Assembly (NCBI GenBank): GCA_963675595.2
Contig: CAXXLZ010000002.1
Coordinates: forward strand, 1,984,001-2,048,000
Origin: Thermodesulfobacteriota bacterium
Lineage (GTDB): Bacteria; Desulfobacterota; Desulfarculia; JACQYL01
DNA: 64,000 bases
Direction: 5' to 3'
The notes below the pieces were generated by a model. It was not told where the DNA came from. It did not search any database and saw only the letters and a list, made by a program, of their open reading frames with translations. Shown one piece after another: positions 10,415 through 22,458 of the stretch. The first letter of the stretch is position 1; the number at the start of each line of letters is the position of its first letter. The position numbers and the translations under genes are program-made.

Positions 10415-12436
10415 CTAAAACTCCTTCAGAAACTTCTGCGGGTTCTGCGAAGGAGTCCCCCCCTTCCTCCGGATTTCCTTACGCTTTGGAGGAACCAACC
10501 GCGCTGTTGCGCCTTTCAGGGCTCTCCGATATCCCGACTCTTCCTCCGCGGGTTCGATTCCAGCCGCACCGGCTTTTTTCCTCCCGCCGCCTCTCTCCCC
10601 TCCTCCGCCGCCCTTGCCGCCCACCAAGCGCGCCAACTCTGCCACGAATTCCTTCAGCTGGTGAGCTTGAGCGTTCATTTCTTCCGACGCGCTCGCCGAT
10701 TCCTCGGCATTGGCGGCGTTGCGTTGTGTGATCTTATCCATATCAGACACCGCGTTGCTGATTTGTTCGACGCTTTGGGCCTGCTCTTTGGAGGCGGCCG
10801 AAATCTCGGAAACCAGGTCCCCCGCTTTTTGCGCGCTGTCGGAAACTCCGGCAAAGGCCTCATTGGTCTGCCGCACAACGGCCGATCCATCCGTAACGGC
10901 CTTAACCGTCCCCGAAATGAGATTCGACGTGTTCCCGGCCGCTTCGGCGGCCCGCATGGCCAGATTACGCACCTCTTCCGCCACCACTGAGAAACCCGCG
11001 CCGGCTTCTCCGGCCCTGGCCGCTTCCACCGCTGCGTTCAAAGCGAGAAGATTCGTCTGAAAAGCAATTTCGTCGATTGTCTTGATGATCTTCGAGGTTT
11101 CGTCGCTCGCCCTGGAAATATCTTCCATGGATCTCGTCAGGGTGTTCAGGGAATCGTTCGCCCGCCCCACCGTATCCCGGGTTTGGTTCATAAGCTGGTT
11201 GGCGCTCCCGGCATGTTCCGCGTTCAGCTTGGTCATCGAGGCTATTTCCTCAAGCGACGCGGAGCATTCTTCTATGGAAGCCGCCTGCTCCGAAGCTCCC
11301 TGCGCCAGAGACTGCCCTGCGGAAGCAACCTGACCCGAAGCCGACGAAACCTGGTCGGCACCTTCGTTGAGCCCGGTAATCACACGGTTGATGGGCCCGG
11401 TGATGGCCCGAGTCAGAAACAGGCTGATCAGAAGCCCCACCAACACACCGACAAGCGCAATCCCGGTGCTCAGGTATTCGGTACTTGAGCGAACGACGTC
11501 AAAATGCTCGGCCGCTTCGGATTGTTCCTCGCCGAGGGAAGCGACGATTCGGCGCAGAGGAGTGAAAACCTTCCGTCGAATTTGGTCGATCTCTCCATCA
11601 ATTTCCCGGATTCTATTTTCATCCGCCGACACCCCTCTCGTTTCGTCTTCCAGCGAGCCGCTTATCCCCTGTATGGCGGCAGACAGGGAGTTCGCGGCGG
11701 CATTGAATTCGTTGTACAATCTCACGATTTCGGAATGATTTTCCGGACTTCTCTCTCTCAAGAGGGGAAGAAGACCATTTTCAAACAGGCCCAAGGCTTT
11801 CAGGTAATTCCTTTCGAAATCGATCGCCAACGCCTTTTCCTTCTCCGTATCCGCCGATCGTTGGACTTCGGCAATGTCGTCGGCGGCCGTATTCCGAATT
11901 CCTGCAAACTCCTCTCCGCTTTCGGACCAGTCACGATTGACGACCGCCTTTGCGACCAGAGACCGGAAATCCCCGACCCGCACGGCAATCTGCATGACGG
12001 ACAACGAATCCTTCATGCGCTTATCGATGGATTCTTCCTTTTTTAGAATAGGGATCAACTCATCCTCGAACAACTTCAAGTATTCCCGATATGAAGTCTC
12101 GAAGGCGTTTGCCGAGGCCCTCTCTTCTTCCGTGTCCACAAGTTCATGAACCAACGCCATGTCCTTTTTCGCCTGTTCCTTTGCGGCGGCAAAGCCGGCC
12201 AAAGTTTCTTCAATATCCCGATTGATGATCCCGTCGGCGATTACGGGGTAAACTTCCGATACACGTGAAAGAACCTCATTGACGTCCAGTGCGTCCTTCG
12301 AGCGTTCCGTCCCGAGCCGCTCCAACTCCCCCAATTCCTGTATCGAAAAGATCTGATAGGCCGCCACCAGGGAGAAGATGACGATAACAAGCGCGAATCC
12401 CGAGAAAATCTTGGTACCGAGTCTGAGGTTTCTCAC
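10415..12436 (-). CDS. Methyl-accepting chemotaxis protein
   Basis: Two TM segments around a large periplasmic domain; hairpin-tip signature [37 protein letters not shown]. Confidence 0.95.
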   Translation of the reverse strand: MRNLRLGTKIFSGFALVIVIFSLVAAYQIFSIQELGELERLGTERSKDALDVNEVLSRVSEVYPVIADGIINRDIEETLAGFAAAKEQAKKDMALVHELVDTEEERASANAFETSYREYLKLFEDELIPILKKEESIDKRMKDSLSVMQIAVRVGDFRSLVAKAVVNRDWSESGEEFAGIRNTAADDIAEVQRSADTEKEKALAIDFERNYLKALGLFENGLLPLLRERSPENHSEIVRLYNEFNAAANSLSAAIQGISGSLEDETRGVSADENRIREIDGEIDQIRRKVFTPLRRIVASLGEEQSEAAEHFDVVRSSTEYLSTGIALVGVLVGLLISLFLTRAITGPINRVITGLNEGADQVSSASGQVASAGQSLAQGASEQAASIEECSASLEEIASMTKLNAEHAGSANQLMNQTRDTVGRANDSLNTLTRSMEDISRASDETSKIIKTIDEIAFQTNLLALNAAVEAARAGEAGAGFSVVAEEVRNLAMRAAEAAGNTSNLISGTVKAVTDGSAVVRQTNEAFAGVSDSAQKAGDLVSEISAASKEQAQSVEQISNAVSDMDKITQRNAANAEESASASEEMNAQAHQLKEFVAELARLVGGKGGGGGERGGGRKKAGAAGIEPAEEESGYRRALKGATARLVPPKRKEIRRKGGTPSQNPQKFLKEF

Positions 12437-12691
12437 GGTAAGCTCCTTGTCTTTTGGTGGGACATCAATGGGTCATGGGCGTTCCCGGACTTCTTATAGG
12501 ATGGATGTTCAAGCGACTAGACCCTGAAAGGTGACCATAAATCAAGACCCCTTCATCCCGGCATGTTATTGGAAGAAAAAGGGAGGGAGAACGATATGCC
12601 GCGCGGAAGGCACATGGAGAGGTTCGAGACGCCCCAGCCGTGTCGTGGGCGAGGCATCGCCATCACAGTGGATGGGTGAGAGCGTTCCATT

Positions 12692-13819
12692 TCACGCCTG
12701 CAATGCTTCCCGTTCTTCGTCGTGATCGGTGAACTCCAGGGCTATGGAGCGGACCTCCTCCCGCAAAGAAAGAAAAACGTCCACCAGTACCGGGTCGAAA
12801 TGCGTGCCGCGGCCTTCGGCAAGGATGGCCAGGGCTTTGCTGTGAGGGAAAGGGGGCTTGTACACGCGTCGACTGATGAGCGCGTCATACACATCCGCCA
12901 ACGCCATGAGCCGACCGGACAGTTGGATGGCTTCGCCGGCCAATCCTTGAGGATAGCCGGTTCCATCCCACTTCTCGTGATGCGTATAGGAGATTTCCCG
13001 AGCCAATATCAGAAAATCGCTCTTGGTGAATCCCTGGAAAAGCTCTTGTGCGCGTTCAATGGCCTCCTTGCCGTAAATGGTGTGCTTCTTCATCTCTGCA
13101 AACTCGTCCTCGGTGAGCTTGCCCGGCTTGAGCAGAATGGCGTCCGGCACTCCCACTTTGCCGATATCGTGTAACGGCGCGGACCGGTGCAGCAACTCCA
13201 CCACATCCGGCTGCAATTGGGAAGCATAGGAAGGTCGGGCCGCCAGATGCTCGGCCAGGAGACGCACGTAGTTCTGGGTGCGACGGATGTGACCCCCTGT
13301 TTCGTTGTCGCGCGTCTCGGCCAGAGAGGCCAGGCTCTGGATGGTCACTTGTTGTGTGAGCGCCAGTTCTTGAGTGCGTTCCTCGACTTTCTGCTCCAAA
13401 ACGGCGTTCTGATGCTCAAGTAGGTCGCGCGCGTCTTTCAGTTCCAGATGCGTTAATACACGGGCCAGCACGATGGGCGGGCTGACCGGCTTCGTGATAT
13501 AGTCCACCGCACCCGCTGCGAATCCCTTGGCCTCGTCGTCGGTTTCACCCATGCCGGTGACGAAGATTACCGGAATTCCGGTAGTGGTCGGGTCCGCTTT
13601 GAGTCGACGGCAGACCTCGTAGCCGTCCAGACCGGGCATCACCACGTCCAGCAGAATGAGGTCCGGCCGCTCCCGCGCCTGCGCAATCTTCAGGGCGGAC
13701 TCGCCGTTGAGAGCCACCTTGACGCGATAGTGCGGCCCCAGGATGCTGTTGAGAATATGCACGTTCTGGGGAACGTCATCCACCACGAGAATCGTTGTTT
13801 GTTGCGTTTTCAAGTTCAT
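12692..13819 (-). CDS. Response regulator with HD-GYP c-di-GMP phosphodiesterase domain (RpfG-like)
   Basis: REC (LVVDD, LLDVVMP, KP), LHDIGKVGVPD, HHEKWDGTGYP and ADVYDAL. ATG 13819 follows a GGAGGA RBS. Confidence 0.93.
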   Translation of the reverse strand: MNLKTQQTTILVVDDVPQNVHILNSILGPHYRVKVALNGESALKIAQARERPDLILLDVVMPGLDGYEVCRRLKADPTTTGIPVIFVTGMGETDDEAKGFAAGAVDYITKPVSPPIVLARVLTHLELKDARDLLEHQNAVLEQKVEERTQELALTQQVTIQSLASLAETRDNETGGHIRRTQNYVRLLAEHLAARPSYASQLQPDVVELLHRSAPLHDIGKVGVPDAILLKPGKLTEDEFAEMKKHTIYGKEAIERAQELFQGFTKSDFLILAREISYTHHEKWDGTGYPQGLAGEAIQLSGRLMALADVYDALISRRVYKPPFPHSKALAILAEGRGTHFDPVLVDVFLSLREEVRSIALEFTDHDEEREALQA

Positions 13820-13852
13820 GTTTCCTCCACGCAAATCCATCACCGCTTCCCG

Positions 13853-13893
13853 CTCGGGATTTGCGCGCCTTGCATGTCATCGTTTTTCAACAG
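13853..13893 (-). repeat. Truncated copy of the intergenic repeat found at 48164-48305
   Basis: Minus strand TGAAAAACGATGACATGCAAGGCGCGCAAATCCCGAG aligns with TGAAAAACGATGAGATGCAAGGCGCACAAATCCTGAG at about 48196-48232 (3 mismatches). Confidence 0.8.
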
Positions 13894-14091
13894 TCTGCGA
13901 TATTCCTACTATTTCAACGGACTCTCATGTCTCATTGTCCCAAGATACGTTTTTTTCGTCAAAGATATCCAATAAACTCAAAAGGGAACCGCCGTGAGAT
14001 ACGAGTGCGGGAACGTTCGGCGGACCATCCGTCCAAGCCTCGTTCGTTCCCGACGCGTGGAAGCGGACCGAACTCAATGGCGTCCCCGGCC

Positions 14092-17000
14092 TCAAAGGTT
14101 GTCTTGCCCTTCCAGACCAACACCCGCAACGGCGGCCAGATCGGCCAACGATGCGGACGCCCCTTGATAGTCGAAGTCTTCAACCCGTCGCCCCAATTCC
14201 GCGAACTCGGGAGTCTTGGCCAAGGGTCCGAAAACCTCTCGCATCCTGACCAGATGTTCCGTTGCTGCGCCGTCGAATTCGGCCAGGTAGCGCGCCATGG
14301 TTCCCAATGCATCGGCGAGAGTCGCGGCATCGGCCACGTCCGTGTTAGAAACCCCTTCCGCATCCGAATCGGCGGCCGACCCCAGAAGGCCGGCAATGGA
14401 GCCCAGAACCCGCTCCAATTCAGTCTCCAACGTATCCAGGGCCCGATCAATCTCATCAAAGGCCGCCCCCTGAGCCGCCGCCCGTTCCACATCCTGCGCC
14501 GCGTTGAACAGAGCTTGGGCTCCGACGTTACCGGCCACTCCTTTGAGCGTGTGCGCGTAGCGTCCGGCCTGGTCCGCTTCGCCGTTCGACAGGTCCCGAC
14601 GCAGAAGAGTCACGGCATCCGAAAATTTCCGCGCAAAATCTCTCAATATGTCTAAATAACGTCGTCGATTGCCCTGAAGCCGTGCCAATCCTGCTGCGAT
14701 TTCCAGTCCGGGCAGGCGATCCGGAAATTCCGACGTCGCCTCCCGATCATCCGGTTCCGGCCGGGGTGCCGCCCGCTCCGCCGGGCGTCCCCGGCCCAAG
14801 CCCAAGTGCCGAATCAGGGTGTTAAGCAACTCGGGCACGTCAATGGGCTTGGCGACGTGATCATCCATACCCGATTCCAAGGCTGCTTCGCGGTCTCCGG
14901 CCATGGCATTGGCCGTCATGGCGATAATGGGCAGATTCCGAAACTCGGGAATTTCACGGATCGCTCTCGTGGCTTCATACCCGTCCATTTCCGGCATCTG
15001 AATATCCATGAGCACGGCATCATAGGAACCGCTCCTTACCGCCGGCAAAGCCTGTCGCCCGTTGTCGACCACGTCCACAACCGCGCCCGCGCCCTCCAAT
15101 ATCGCGCGTGCCACTTCCTGATTGATTTCATTGTCTTCGGCCAGCAAAAGACGCACTCCGGTAAGCGGACGTTGCGCCTCGGGCAAAGCCGGGGGCTCCT
15201 CGACAAGCCGAGTGTCTTTGCCGAAAGCCTCCATAACCGAATCCAGAAGCACCGAAGGGGTGACCGGTTTGATGAGGAAGGCGTCCAAGCCGGCTTCCTC
15301 GGCCCGACGAATCAGACCGCTCCGGCCGTACGCCGTGGCCATCAGCACCTTGGGTTTGGGTTGAAGCCTCTCATCCTCAAGTATATGCCGAGCGGCTTCC
15401 AGTCCGTCCATTCCCGGCATCTTCCAATCCATGATCACCAGATCAAAAGGCCGAGCTTCCGCAGCTCGCGCCAGCTCTTCCAGGCCTTCGGCTGCCGAAG
15501 GCGCCACCGACGCCTGAAACGACATGGACTCCAGCATGTTCTGAAAGATCTCCCGACTGGTTGCGCTGTCGTCCACCACCAGGACTCTGAGGCCCCGCAG
15601 ATCGGGATGCTGCTTAAGCATCACGGGCTCGGCATCGCCAAGCCCGAAACGTGCCGTGAAACTGAAGGTCGCCCCCTTACCCGGCTCACTCTCCACTTGT
15701 ATATCGCCGCCCATCAGGGCAATCAGATGCTTGCTGATCGTCAGGCCCAGGCCCGTACCGCCGTAGCGGCGCGTGGTGGACGCGTCGGCTTGGCTGAACG
15801 CAGAGAACAGCCCGGCCTTCTGCTCGGCCGTCAGGCCGATGCCCGTGTCGCGTACGGCAAAACCCAGTTCTACTTCCTGTCGGTCGGAGTGTACCGCACG
15901 AGTCGAAATGACGATCTCTCCCTCGTGAGTGAACTTGACCGCGTTCCCGACCAGGTTGACCAGGACCTGGCCCAAACGCAGAGGATCGCCGACCAAAGCC
16001 TGGGGCGCATCCGAAGCGGTGTCGAGGAGCAATTCCAAGCCTTTTTGCTGGGCGCCGAGCCCTACAAGATTCACCACGTCGTCCAGCACCTGATCCAGGA
16101 CAAAATCGGTCTTCTCCAGAACCAGCTTGCCGGCTTCCACTTTGCTGAAGTCCAGGACGTCGTTGATGATTCCGAGCAGCGTGTGGGCGCTGCCTTGGAT
16201 CTTGTTCAAATAATCGCGTTGTTTGGCGTTCAGGTGCGTCTGCAACGCCAAATGGGTCATGCCGATGACCGCGTTCATGGGCGTACGTATTTCATGACTC
16301 ATGTTGGCCAGAAACTCGCTTTTTGCCCGCGTGGCCGACTCGGCCTGCTCTTTGGCCTCCTGTAGACGCACCTCGGTCTCGCGGCGAGCCAAAAACGCAC
16401 CGATGATTTCCGCCGTGGCCCCGAGCAATGCCGAATCCGACTCGTTCCATCGGCGCCCGCCGGCGGTGTCGTCAAAGCCCACGAAACCGTACCAGCGACC
16501 ATCCACTTGAAGAGGCAATACCATGATCGACACGACGCTCCGGGCCTCAAGCAACCGTCGTTCGGCCTCGGGAAACTCCGCCACCCGTCCGGTGATGGGC
16601 CGCCCACGACTCAACTCCTCTCTCCAACGCTCGAAGCCCCGGTCGTAGGGATGCGTCTGAGAGTCGGAGCCATCGCTCCGCGTTTCCACACCTTCCGCGC
16701 AGGCCTCCAAAATCAGACGCATGCTCAGGCCGTCCCCGTCGTTTTCCAGATTCTGAAACACGTAGACCCGATCCACGCCGGCGGCCACCACGAGTTCATC
16801 CAGCGCAGCCTGGAGATTCTCGGCGTCGGTGGAGGCGCTCAGTAATGCCTTGGCAACGGCCGACATGGCGTTCTCCGCGCGCATGCGACGGGCCGCTTCT
16901 TCTTCGGCCGACTTGCGTTCCGTGATGTCCTCTTTCACCGCCACGAAATTCGTCACGCTACCTGCGGCGTCGAGCACCGGAGAAATGGACACGCTCTCCC

Positions 17001-20000
17001 AGAACTCTTCCCCGTTGCTGCGTCGGTTGCACAACTCACCGCGCCAAGCGTTACCCGCCATGATGGTGCGCCACATCTCTTCATACAGCTCCGAAGAGTG
17101 GCGATCACTTTTCAGCACACGAGGATTCTTGCCCAGGGCCTCCTCAAACGTGTAGCCCGTGACACGAGTGAACTCCGGATTGACATATTCAATGTCGCCT
17201 TTCGTATCGGTGATGACCACGGAAGCGGGACTTTGCTCCACCGCCCGGAAGAGTTTACGCAATTCCTGTTCCGCCAATTTCTGTTCGGTGATGTCCAAAG
17301 TCAGGCCGTCCCAAACGACTTCTCCGTTGTCCCGTTTGTGTACGCGACTCATTCCGCGCAACCATTTGACCCTACCCCCCGGCAGAAGACAACGAAACTC
17401 CGCGTGCCAGGATTCCAGGCGCTCGGCGGAAAGTCGCAGAGAGGAAAGAAAATGTTCCCTGTCGTCGGGATGGATAAGCTGCAGCAGGCCGGAGCAGTCG
17501 GCCTGCACCTCCTCGGGCGTGAGGCCATACACTTCGTAAATGCCCCGGCTGACGTAGGGATAACGAATCTCTCCTCGCGCATCCATAACCCGGCGATAGA
17601 CAACGCCCGGCACATTGGCCGTGATCCCCGCATACCGCTGTTCGCTTTCCTTCAACAACATCTGGGCTCGCTTGCGCTCTTTCACCTCGCGGGCCAATCG
17701 CCGGTTCCAGAAGAGGATGATGCAAAACAGCACAAACGCCCCGGCAACGATCCGCCATATCAACGCATAGTCGATGCCTTTCTGGTACTCCACACCAAGC
17801 CATTTGTTGTGAATCGCCTGATGTTCGGCGGGGGATAGGGACGCCAGTGCCTTGTTGATGATTCCCACCGCCTGGGCCAGCCGAGGGTCCACCCCGATGC
17901 GATGATCAAAACGATACTCCGTCTGGCCGGCGATCTTGAGGTTCTTGAGCCCCAGCTGCTGCATGCTGTGGATCGCCACGGCCATGTGCCCCACGAATGC
18001 GAACACCTCTCCATTGGAGAGTTTCAACAATGCTTCGCCCACATCGTCGGTCTGCACCAACTCGATTTGAGGATAATGGTTCCGAAGGAAATGATAGCTC
18101 GTGTAACCTCGACCTACGGCCACCTTGCGACCGTTGAGCACGTCGGTCTGCTTGATATAATTAACGTCGTTGCGCGTGACGATGATCAGTGGAAAAGACA
18201 CGAACGGAGCGCTGAGCAGGATCTCACGCCCGATCTCATCGTCGCTTCCCAAGGCCGGCACCATGTCGATGCGGCCGTCCACGTACTTTTCCAACACTTC
18301 CGACCAAGTCCCGCTGGGCTCGAACTGGAAACGTAAACCCGTACGTTGCGTCACCACATCGAGGTAATCTCGGATCATTCCGTCCAAGTCGCCGTCTTTG
18401 TCCAGAATCGACATGGGCTTCCAATCAACCTCACTGAAAGTCAACGGCTTCACCGTTTGCACGAATTCTTGTTCGGATGGAGTAAGAGCGAATCGCCGAC
18501 GGTCGCTTTGTTCACGTCTCAGGGCCGGATCGGGTACCCAACGCGCCTCGATGTCCCGCATCTCAGCCTTGCCGATGAGCGCCAGCCCTTTGTTCACCAA
18601 CTCCACGAGTTCACTGTTGTCTTTGGAAACGGCTGCATACACGTCGAGGGGGAGCCCCAGTGGAGGCGACACCCGCAATTCGCTCTGCAAACCCATATCA
18701 TCCACCACCGCCCTCAAAGCCATGCTCTCGTCATACGCCGCTTCCACTTCACCCAGCTGCAGCGCGGCGAGAAGTGACGCATAGTCGTCGTAGGCAAGTA
18801 CTTTGATGTCGGGATGTTCGTCGACGAGTTCGGCCTCCGCCTCGGAACCCTTGATCACGCCCAGCCGCCGTCCCGACCGGCCGGAAAGCGTCGCCTCGGT
18901 CCCGTCGCGCTTCACGAGCAGGCCGTTGTGGGTGGTGAAAAAAGGGTCCGAGTAGGCCAGTGTTTTCTCGTGTGAGGGCTTTTTCGAAAGGCCCGAATGG
19001 ATGTCGGCCAAGCCGCGGCGCACCATCTCGGGAACCTCCCACCGATCACCGAATACGAAATCGATTTTCCGCCCGGTCTTTTTCGACCACAGCCGCCAGA
19101 CATCGATCATCAGACCGGCGGGCAGGCCCGACGAACTCAACTGGGTAAAAGGAGGAAAATAACGATCGCAAGCGATGCGCAGCACGGCCTCACCCTCGGT
19201 CTGGTCGGGAGAAGCCCACCGAATACGCAACGCCTCCAACTCGGCGGGAGTGCATTGGGCCAACCCGGTACGCACCAGATCCGCCATGGCTTTGTCGCCT
19301 CGGCGCACGGCCGCCTGGAAGGTTCCCGCGTAAAGTTTCAATCCCGGAAGATGGAAAAATTGATACTGCAGCCCAAGCCGACTGAGATGATACATGGCAA
19401 TGGGTACATCTTTGACGAATACCCTGATTTCGTTGCGTTTTATCGCAGAGAACATGGTTTCGTTGTCCGGGTAGACCACCAGCTGCGCGCCCGGCAGTTC
19501 CTCGCGCAGGCGTTCCCCCGCCAAATCGCCGGCGATGAGACCCACGCGATAGGGCAGAAGATCCTGTAACCCTCGAATACCGTGTATGTGGCGATGAAAG
19601 AAGAAAGTGGTCCATGTGCTCACAAGGGGGCCGGCATAATCGAGGTACTCTGCACGGGCGGCACTGTAGTAGCACCCTCCATGGATATCCGCCTCACCCC
19701 ATCGCACCAGATTCAGAGTTTCACCAAATGGAGCGACGATGAAACGCACATCCACACCGGTTTTTCGGGACCATAGGCGCCAGATATCCACCAACCAGCC
19801 CGCGGCTTGGCCTTGGGCGTCCCCGAAATAGAAAGGCGGGCTGTCTCTGCTCACGGCCACGGTCACCGTCTTGGGCGTCGATTTGCCGCCGACCGGCTTT
19901 CCTGAGCGGATATCCGCGGCTCCTGCCGGAGAGCAGGCGACAATAAACCACACAAACGCCTGCAAGCAGACGACGACCATGCCGATTCGCCGAAAACGGG

Positions 20001-20028
20001 CGCGTTTCCGTGCCTCAAACGTCATCAC
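14092..20028 (-). CDS. Unorthodox hybrid sensor kinase (BvgS/EvgS-like): 3 PBPb, TM, 2 PAS, GAF, HisKA, HATPase, 2 REC, HPt
   Basis: 1978 aa; [31 protein letters not shown], two receiver domains (MDWKMP, MDIQMP) and HPt motif [13 protein letters not shown]. Confidence 0.94.
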   Translation of the reverse strand: MMTFEARKRARFRRIGMVVVCLQAFVWFIVACSPAGAADIRSGKPVGGKSTPKTVTVAVSRDSPPFYFGDAQGQAAGWLVDIWRLWSRKTGVDVRFIVAPFGETLNLVRWGEADIHGGCYYSAARAEYLDYAGPLVSTWTTFFFHRHIHGIRGLQDLLPYRVGLIAGDLAGERLREELPGAQLVVYPDNETMFSAIKRNEIRVFVKDVPIAMYHLSRLGLQYQFFHLPGLKLYAGTFQAAVRRGDKAMADLVRTGLAQCTPAELEALRIRWASPDQTEGEAVLRIACDRYFPPFTQLSSSGLPAGLMIDVWRLWSKKTGRKIDFVFGDRWEVPEMVRRGLADIHSGLSKKPSHEKTLAYSDPFFTTHNGLLVKRDGTEATLSGRSGRRLGVIKGSEAEAELVDEHPDIKVLAYDDYASLLAALQLGEVEAAYDESMALRAVVDDMGLQSELRVSPPLGLPLDVYAAVSKDNSELVELVNKGLALIGKAEMRDIEARWVPDPALRREQSDRRRFALTPSEQEFVQTVKPLTFSEVDWKPMSILDKDGDLDGMIRDYLDVVTQRTGLRFQFEPSGTWSEVLEKYVDGRIDMVPALGSDDEIGREILLSAPFVSFPLIIVTRNDVNYIKQTDVLNGRKVAVGRGYTSYHFLRNHYPQIELVQTDDVGEALLKLSNGEVFAFVGHMAVAIHSMQQLGLKNLKIAGQTEYRFDHRIGVDPRLAQAVGIINKALASLSPAEHQAIHNKWLGVEYQKGIDYALIWRIVAGAFVLFCIILFWNRRLAREVKERKRAQMLLKESEQRYAGITANVPGVVYRRVMDARGEIRYPYVSRGIYEVYGLTPEEVQADCSGLLQLIHPDDREHFLSSLRLSAERLESWHAEFRCLLPGGRVKWLRGMSRVHKRDNGEVVWDGLTLDITEQKLAEQELRKLFRAVEQSPASVVITDTKGDIEYVNPEFTRVTGYTFEEALGKNPRVLKSDRHSSELYEEMWRTIMAGNAWRGELCNRRSNGEEFWESVSISPVLDAAGSVTNFVAVKEDITERKSAEEEAARRMRAENAMSAVAKALLSASTDAENLQAALDELVVAAGVDRVYVFQNLENDGDGLSMRLILEACAEGVETRSDGSDSQTHPYDRGFERWREELSRGRPITGRVAEFPEAERRLLEARSVVSIMVLPLQVDGRWYGFVGFDDTAGGRRWNESDSALLGATAEIIGAFLARRETEVRLQEAKEQAESATRAKSEFLANMSHEIRTPMNAVIGMTHLALQTHLNAKQRDYLNKIQGSAHTLLGIINDVLDFSKVEAGKLVLEKTDFVLDQVLDDVVNLVGLGAQQKGLELLLDTASDAPQALVGDPLRLGQVLVNLVGNAVKFTHEGEIVISTRAVHSDRQEVELGFAVRDTGIGLTAEQKAGLFSAFSQADASTTRRYGGTGLGLTISKHLIALMGGDIQVESEPGKGATFSFTARFGLGDAEPVMLKQHPDLRGLRVLVVDDSATSREIFQNMLESMSFQASVAPSAAEGLEELARAAEARPFDLVIMDWKMPGMDGLEAARHILEDERLQPKPKVLMATAYGRSGLIRRAEEAGLDAFLIKPVTPSVLLDSVMEAFGKDTRLVEEPPALPEAQRPLTGVRLLLAEDNEINQEVARAILEGAGAVVDVVDNGRQALPAVRSGSYDAVLMDIQMPEMDGYEATRAIREIPEFRNLPIIAMTANAMAGDREAALESGMDDHVAKPIDVPELLNTLIRHLGLGRGRPAERAAPRPEPDDREATSEFPDRLPGLEIAAGLARLQGNRRRYLDILRDFARKFSDAVTLLRRDLSNGEADQAGRYAHTLKGVAGNVGAQALFNAAQDVERAAAQGAAFDEIDRALDTLETELERVLGSIAGLLGSAADSDAEGVSNTDVADAATLADALGTMARYLAEFDGAATEHLVRMREVFGPLAKTPEFAELGRRVEDFDYQGASASLADLAAVAGVGLEGQDNL

Positions 20029-20053
20029 GTTTCTCCGATTTTCTCACTGCAGA

Positions 20054-20932
20054 TTACTTTTCGGCCCAGAACTTTTTTACAACCGCCGGAAACATGCAGG
20101 CGGCTTCCGCAGCCCCCCCGAAAGACTCCCACAAGGGCCCATGCCCCTGCCCGGGGACCACCCAGAGCGCGGCATCGGGCAACGCCCGATACATTTCCAT
20201 GGGAACGGACAAGGGGAAATATTCGTCTCGATCTCCCCACACGAGAAGGGTCTTGACCTTCAGGGCGGACAAGGTCTCTATGGGGATGTCCTCCCGGTTT
20301 TCCGCCAAGGCGTTCAATTGTCGAAAAATCCGGTCCACCTGCGAACGCCCGCCCGGATGCAGTTTCCAATAGAATTCCTGCATCCTGGGGTCCATCAGCT
20401 CGAATTTGTATTCCTTCAACAGTTTCCGGGCCTGCGATCCCATGGCATTGGCACCCGCCACCAGCACCACGGCCTCCAGACGTTGGGGCCGCTCCACGGC
20501 CATATGCAGCAACGTCATGGCGCCCGCGCTGTGACCGATACCCCGAGCGTTCTTGACACCGATTTGGTCGAGGAGCCCGTGCATGAGGTGAGCGGTTTGC
20601 TTGAGGCTGAAGTCTCCCGGCAAGGCAGAGGAACCTCCGTGACCCGGCAGATCGGCCAGGATCACGGTGTATTCGGGGAGAAACTCCAACGCCAAAGGCT
20701 CCCATTCCTCTCCCGTGAGGGTAAAACCGTGCAGCATGAGCAGACAGGGTCCCGAACCGCCCATGCGGTAGTGGATATTCAATCCCTCCACCCCGACATT
20801 GCCGCCCTTAAGTCTCGGCGCCTCGGGCATCTCGGCGATTGCGGGGACTGCAAGAGTCAATGCCAGGAGGAGAACGAATAAGACCGCCACAGACCTTTTA
20901 CCGAACCAACCACGCGAACAACCACACATCAT
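20054..20932 (-). CDS. Secreted alpha/beta hydrolase
   Basis: Signal peptide, LHGF oxyanion motif, DLPGHG, GHSAG nucleophile elbow, WGDRD and PGQGH. Confidence 0.88.
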   Translation of the reverse strand: MMCGCSRGWFGKRSVAVLFVLLLALTLAVPAIAEMPEAPRLKGGNVGVEGLNIHYRMGGSGPCLLMLHGFTLTGEEWEPLALEFLPEYTVILADLPGHGGSSALPGDFSLKQTAHLMHGLLDQIGVKNARGIGHSAGAMTLLHMAVERPQRLEAVVLVAGANAMGSQARKLLKEYKFELMDPRMQEFYWKLHPGGRSQVDRIFRQLNALAENREDIPIETLSALKVKTLLVWGDRDEYFPLSVPMEMYRALPDAALWVVPGQGHGPLWESFGGAAEAACMFPAVVKKFWAEK

Positions 20933-21503
20933 CTCGGACTCCCTTCTTTCGGCTTCCGGGCGTTGCCGCCCTTTCTGAATCGATTCGCGACTTCAATGAA
21001 CCCGTTTCACAGAGTCTATCCTTTCCAGCGGACTTTGTGGAGTGGTTATGCTCCCATTTCCCGCGATCCGGCGCATCGGATGCAACTTCGCACGAAAGAC
21101 GAGAAACCCGGCGAATCACACCAGGGGATATTCAAATAATACTTTCGAATCGTTTGTTTCTTTAGATTTGATTTTGTATAGATAATCAACAATGCGTTCA
21201 CATAAGTCATCATATCTTCTGCGCAACAGTGATAATTAATTGACGAATCCATAACCGATCCATACAATGCGCACTGTCGGTAATTGTTGCCTGTGCGCGT
21301 ATAAGAAGATCGACATCATTACTCCTTCACCAAATTTTGTAGACATCTTTCCTCAAAAGGCCACACTGCTATTCACTCTAACGGGATCGGATCAAGGCAG
21401 GTATATAATCAACCGATTTGTGCGAATGTTCGGCTTCTTCTTGGCGATGGCAATCGTCAAGTCTTACTCCTTATCAACAACCTTGGAATGAAAGGAGACA
21501 GGC

Positions 21504-22073
21504 GTGGACATCGTAATCAAAGATTCTTACAAGTCACTCTCTCGAGTAGAATTACTAAAGAAAGTCTATGACTTGGGAGTGGGCTACGAAAGAAATTCCT
21601 ACAGTTGTTCCCAATCCACCGTGGCAGCGTTGTATAATGTGTTGGATTTCCCTTCTTATCTGGTCAAAGCGGCCTGTTCCAACGCCGCCGGCACCGCGTG
21701 GCAGCTGGTGGGTACCTGCGGAGGACTCGTCGGTGGTATCATGGTATTGGACTACTACTTTGGACGGCCTTTTGAACACATGTCCCATGAAGAGATCGTC
21801 CAGGATCCCAATGTGAACGATCTCTTCTATTCCCAACCCATCGCCCGATCCCTTTTTGACAAGTACATCGGAGAATACGGCACCATCACCTGCGCCAACA
21901 TCCAGCACCAGTTGTACGGGCGCGTATTTTATCTGGAAGACATGCAGGAATTTCAGAAGCTGGAAGAGGCGGGAGGCCACTCCGACGCCAACAAGGCGCC
22001 CCGCATCGTGGGCAACGCCGCCATGTGGACCCTGGGGGTGATCCTGGATAAGGGTGGTGTCGAGATCGCCTAG
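21504..22073 (+). CDS. C_GCAxxG_C_C family putative redox-active protein
   Basis: SCSQST, GTCGGLVGG and GTITCANIQ motifs; AAGGAG RBS before the GTG. Confidence 0.8.
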   Translation: MDIVIKDSYKSLSRVELLKKVYDLGVGYERNSYSCSQSTVAALYNVLDFPSYLVKAACSNAAGTAWQLVGTCGGLVGGIMVLDYYFGRPFEHMSHEEIVQDPNVNDLFYSQPIARSLFDKYIGEYGTITCANIQHQLYGRVFYLEDMQEFQKLEEAGGHSDANKAPRIVGNAAMWTLGVILDKGGVEIA

Positions 22074-22421
22074 CGGCGTGCTCTCCATTGTCTGAGACCT
22101 CTACGGGGGGGAAATCGATCTTTGAGCCCCCCCATACCATCATTTCACCGGCACACATCGGCAACCCGCTGATCATTTTCAAATTTTCGCGCAGCGCACC
22201 TTTGCCGGTAATAGTCACAAGTCTCGCCGACCCTCGGCATCTCATTTCCGACTTCCCAACAGCCTCCTCCGTGATGCTTCAATCATCTCCCTTGCGGCTT
22301 TGACTCATCTTTGACAGTTGGAGGGTGAAAAAGTGGGCCTCTCCCGCCTAACTTACCGAAATGATTAGGCTGGCCTTTTTCCGAGGCTCCAAACGTAGTG
22401 CCAATATGTCCGATTTTTTCC

Positions 22422-22451
22422 TTGACTCCGCCGACCTGTATTCCGTACAAT
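22422..22451 (+). promoter_or_regulatory. Transposase promoter (probably leaderless transcript)
   Basis: TTGACT, 18 bp, TACAAT; the ATG begins 7 nt after the -10 and no SD is present. Confidence 0.55.
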
Positions 22452-22458
22452 TTGTTTC

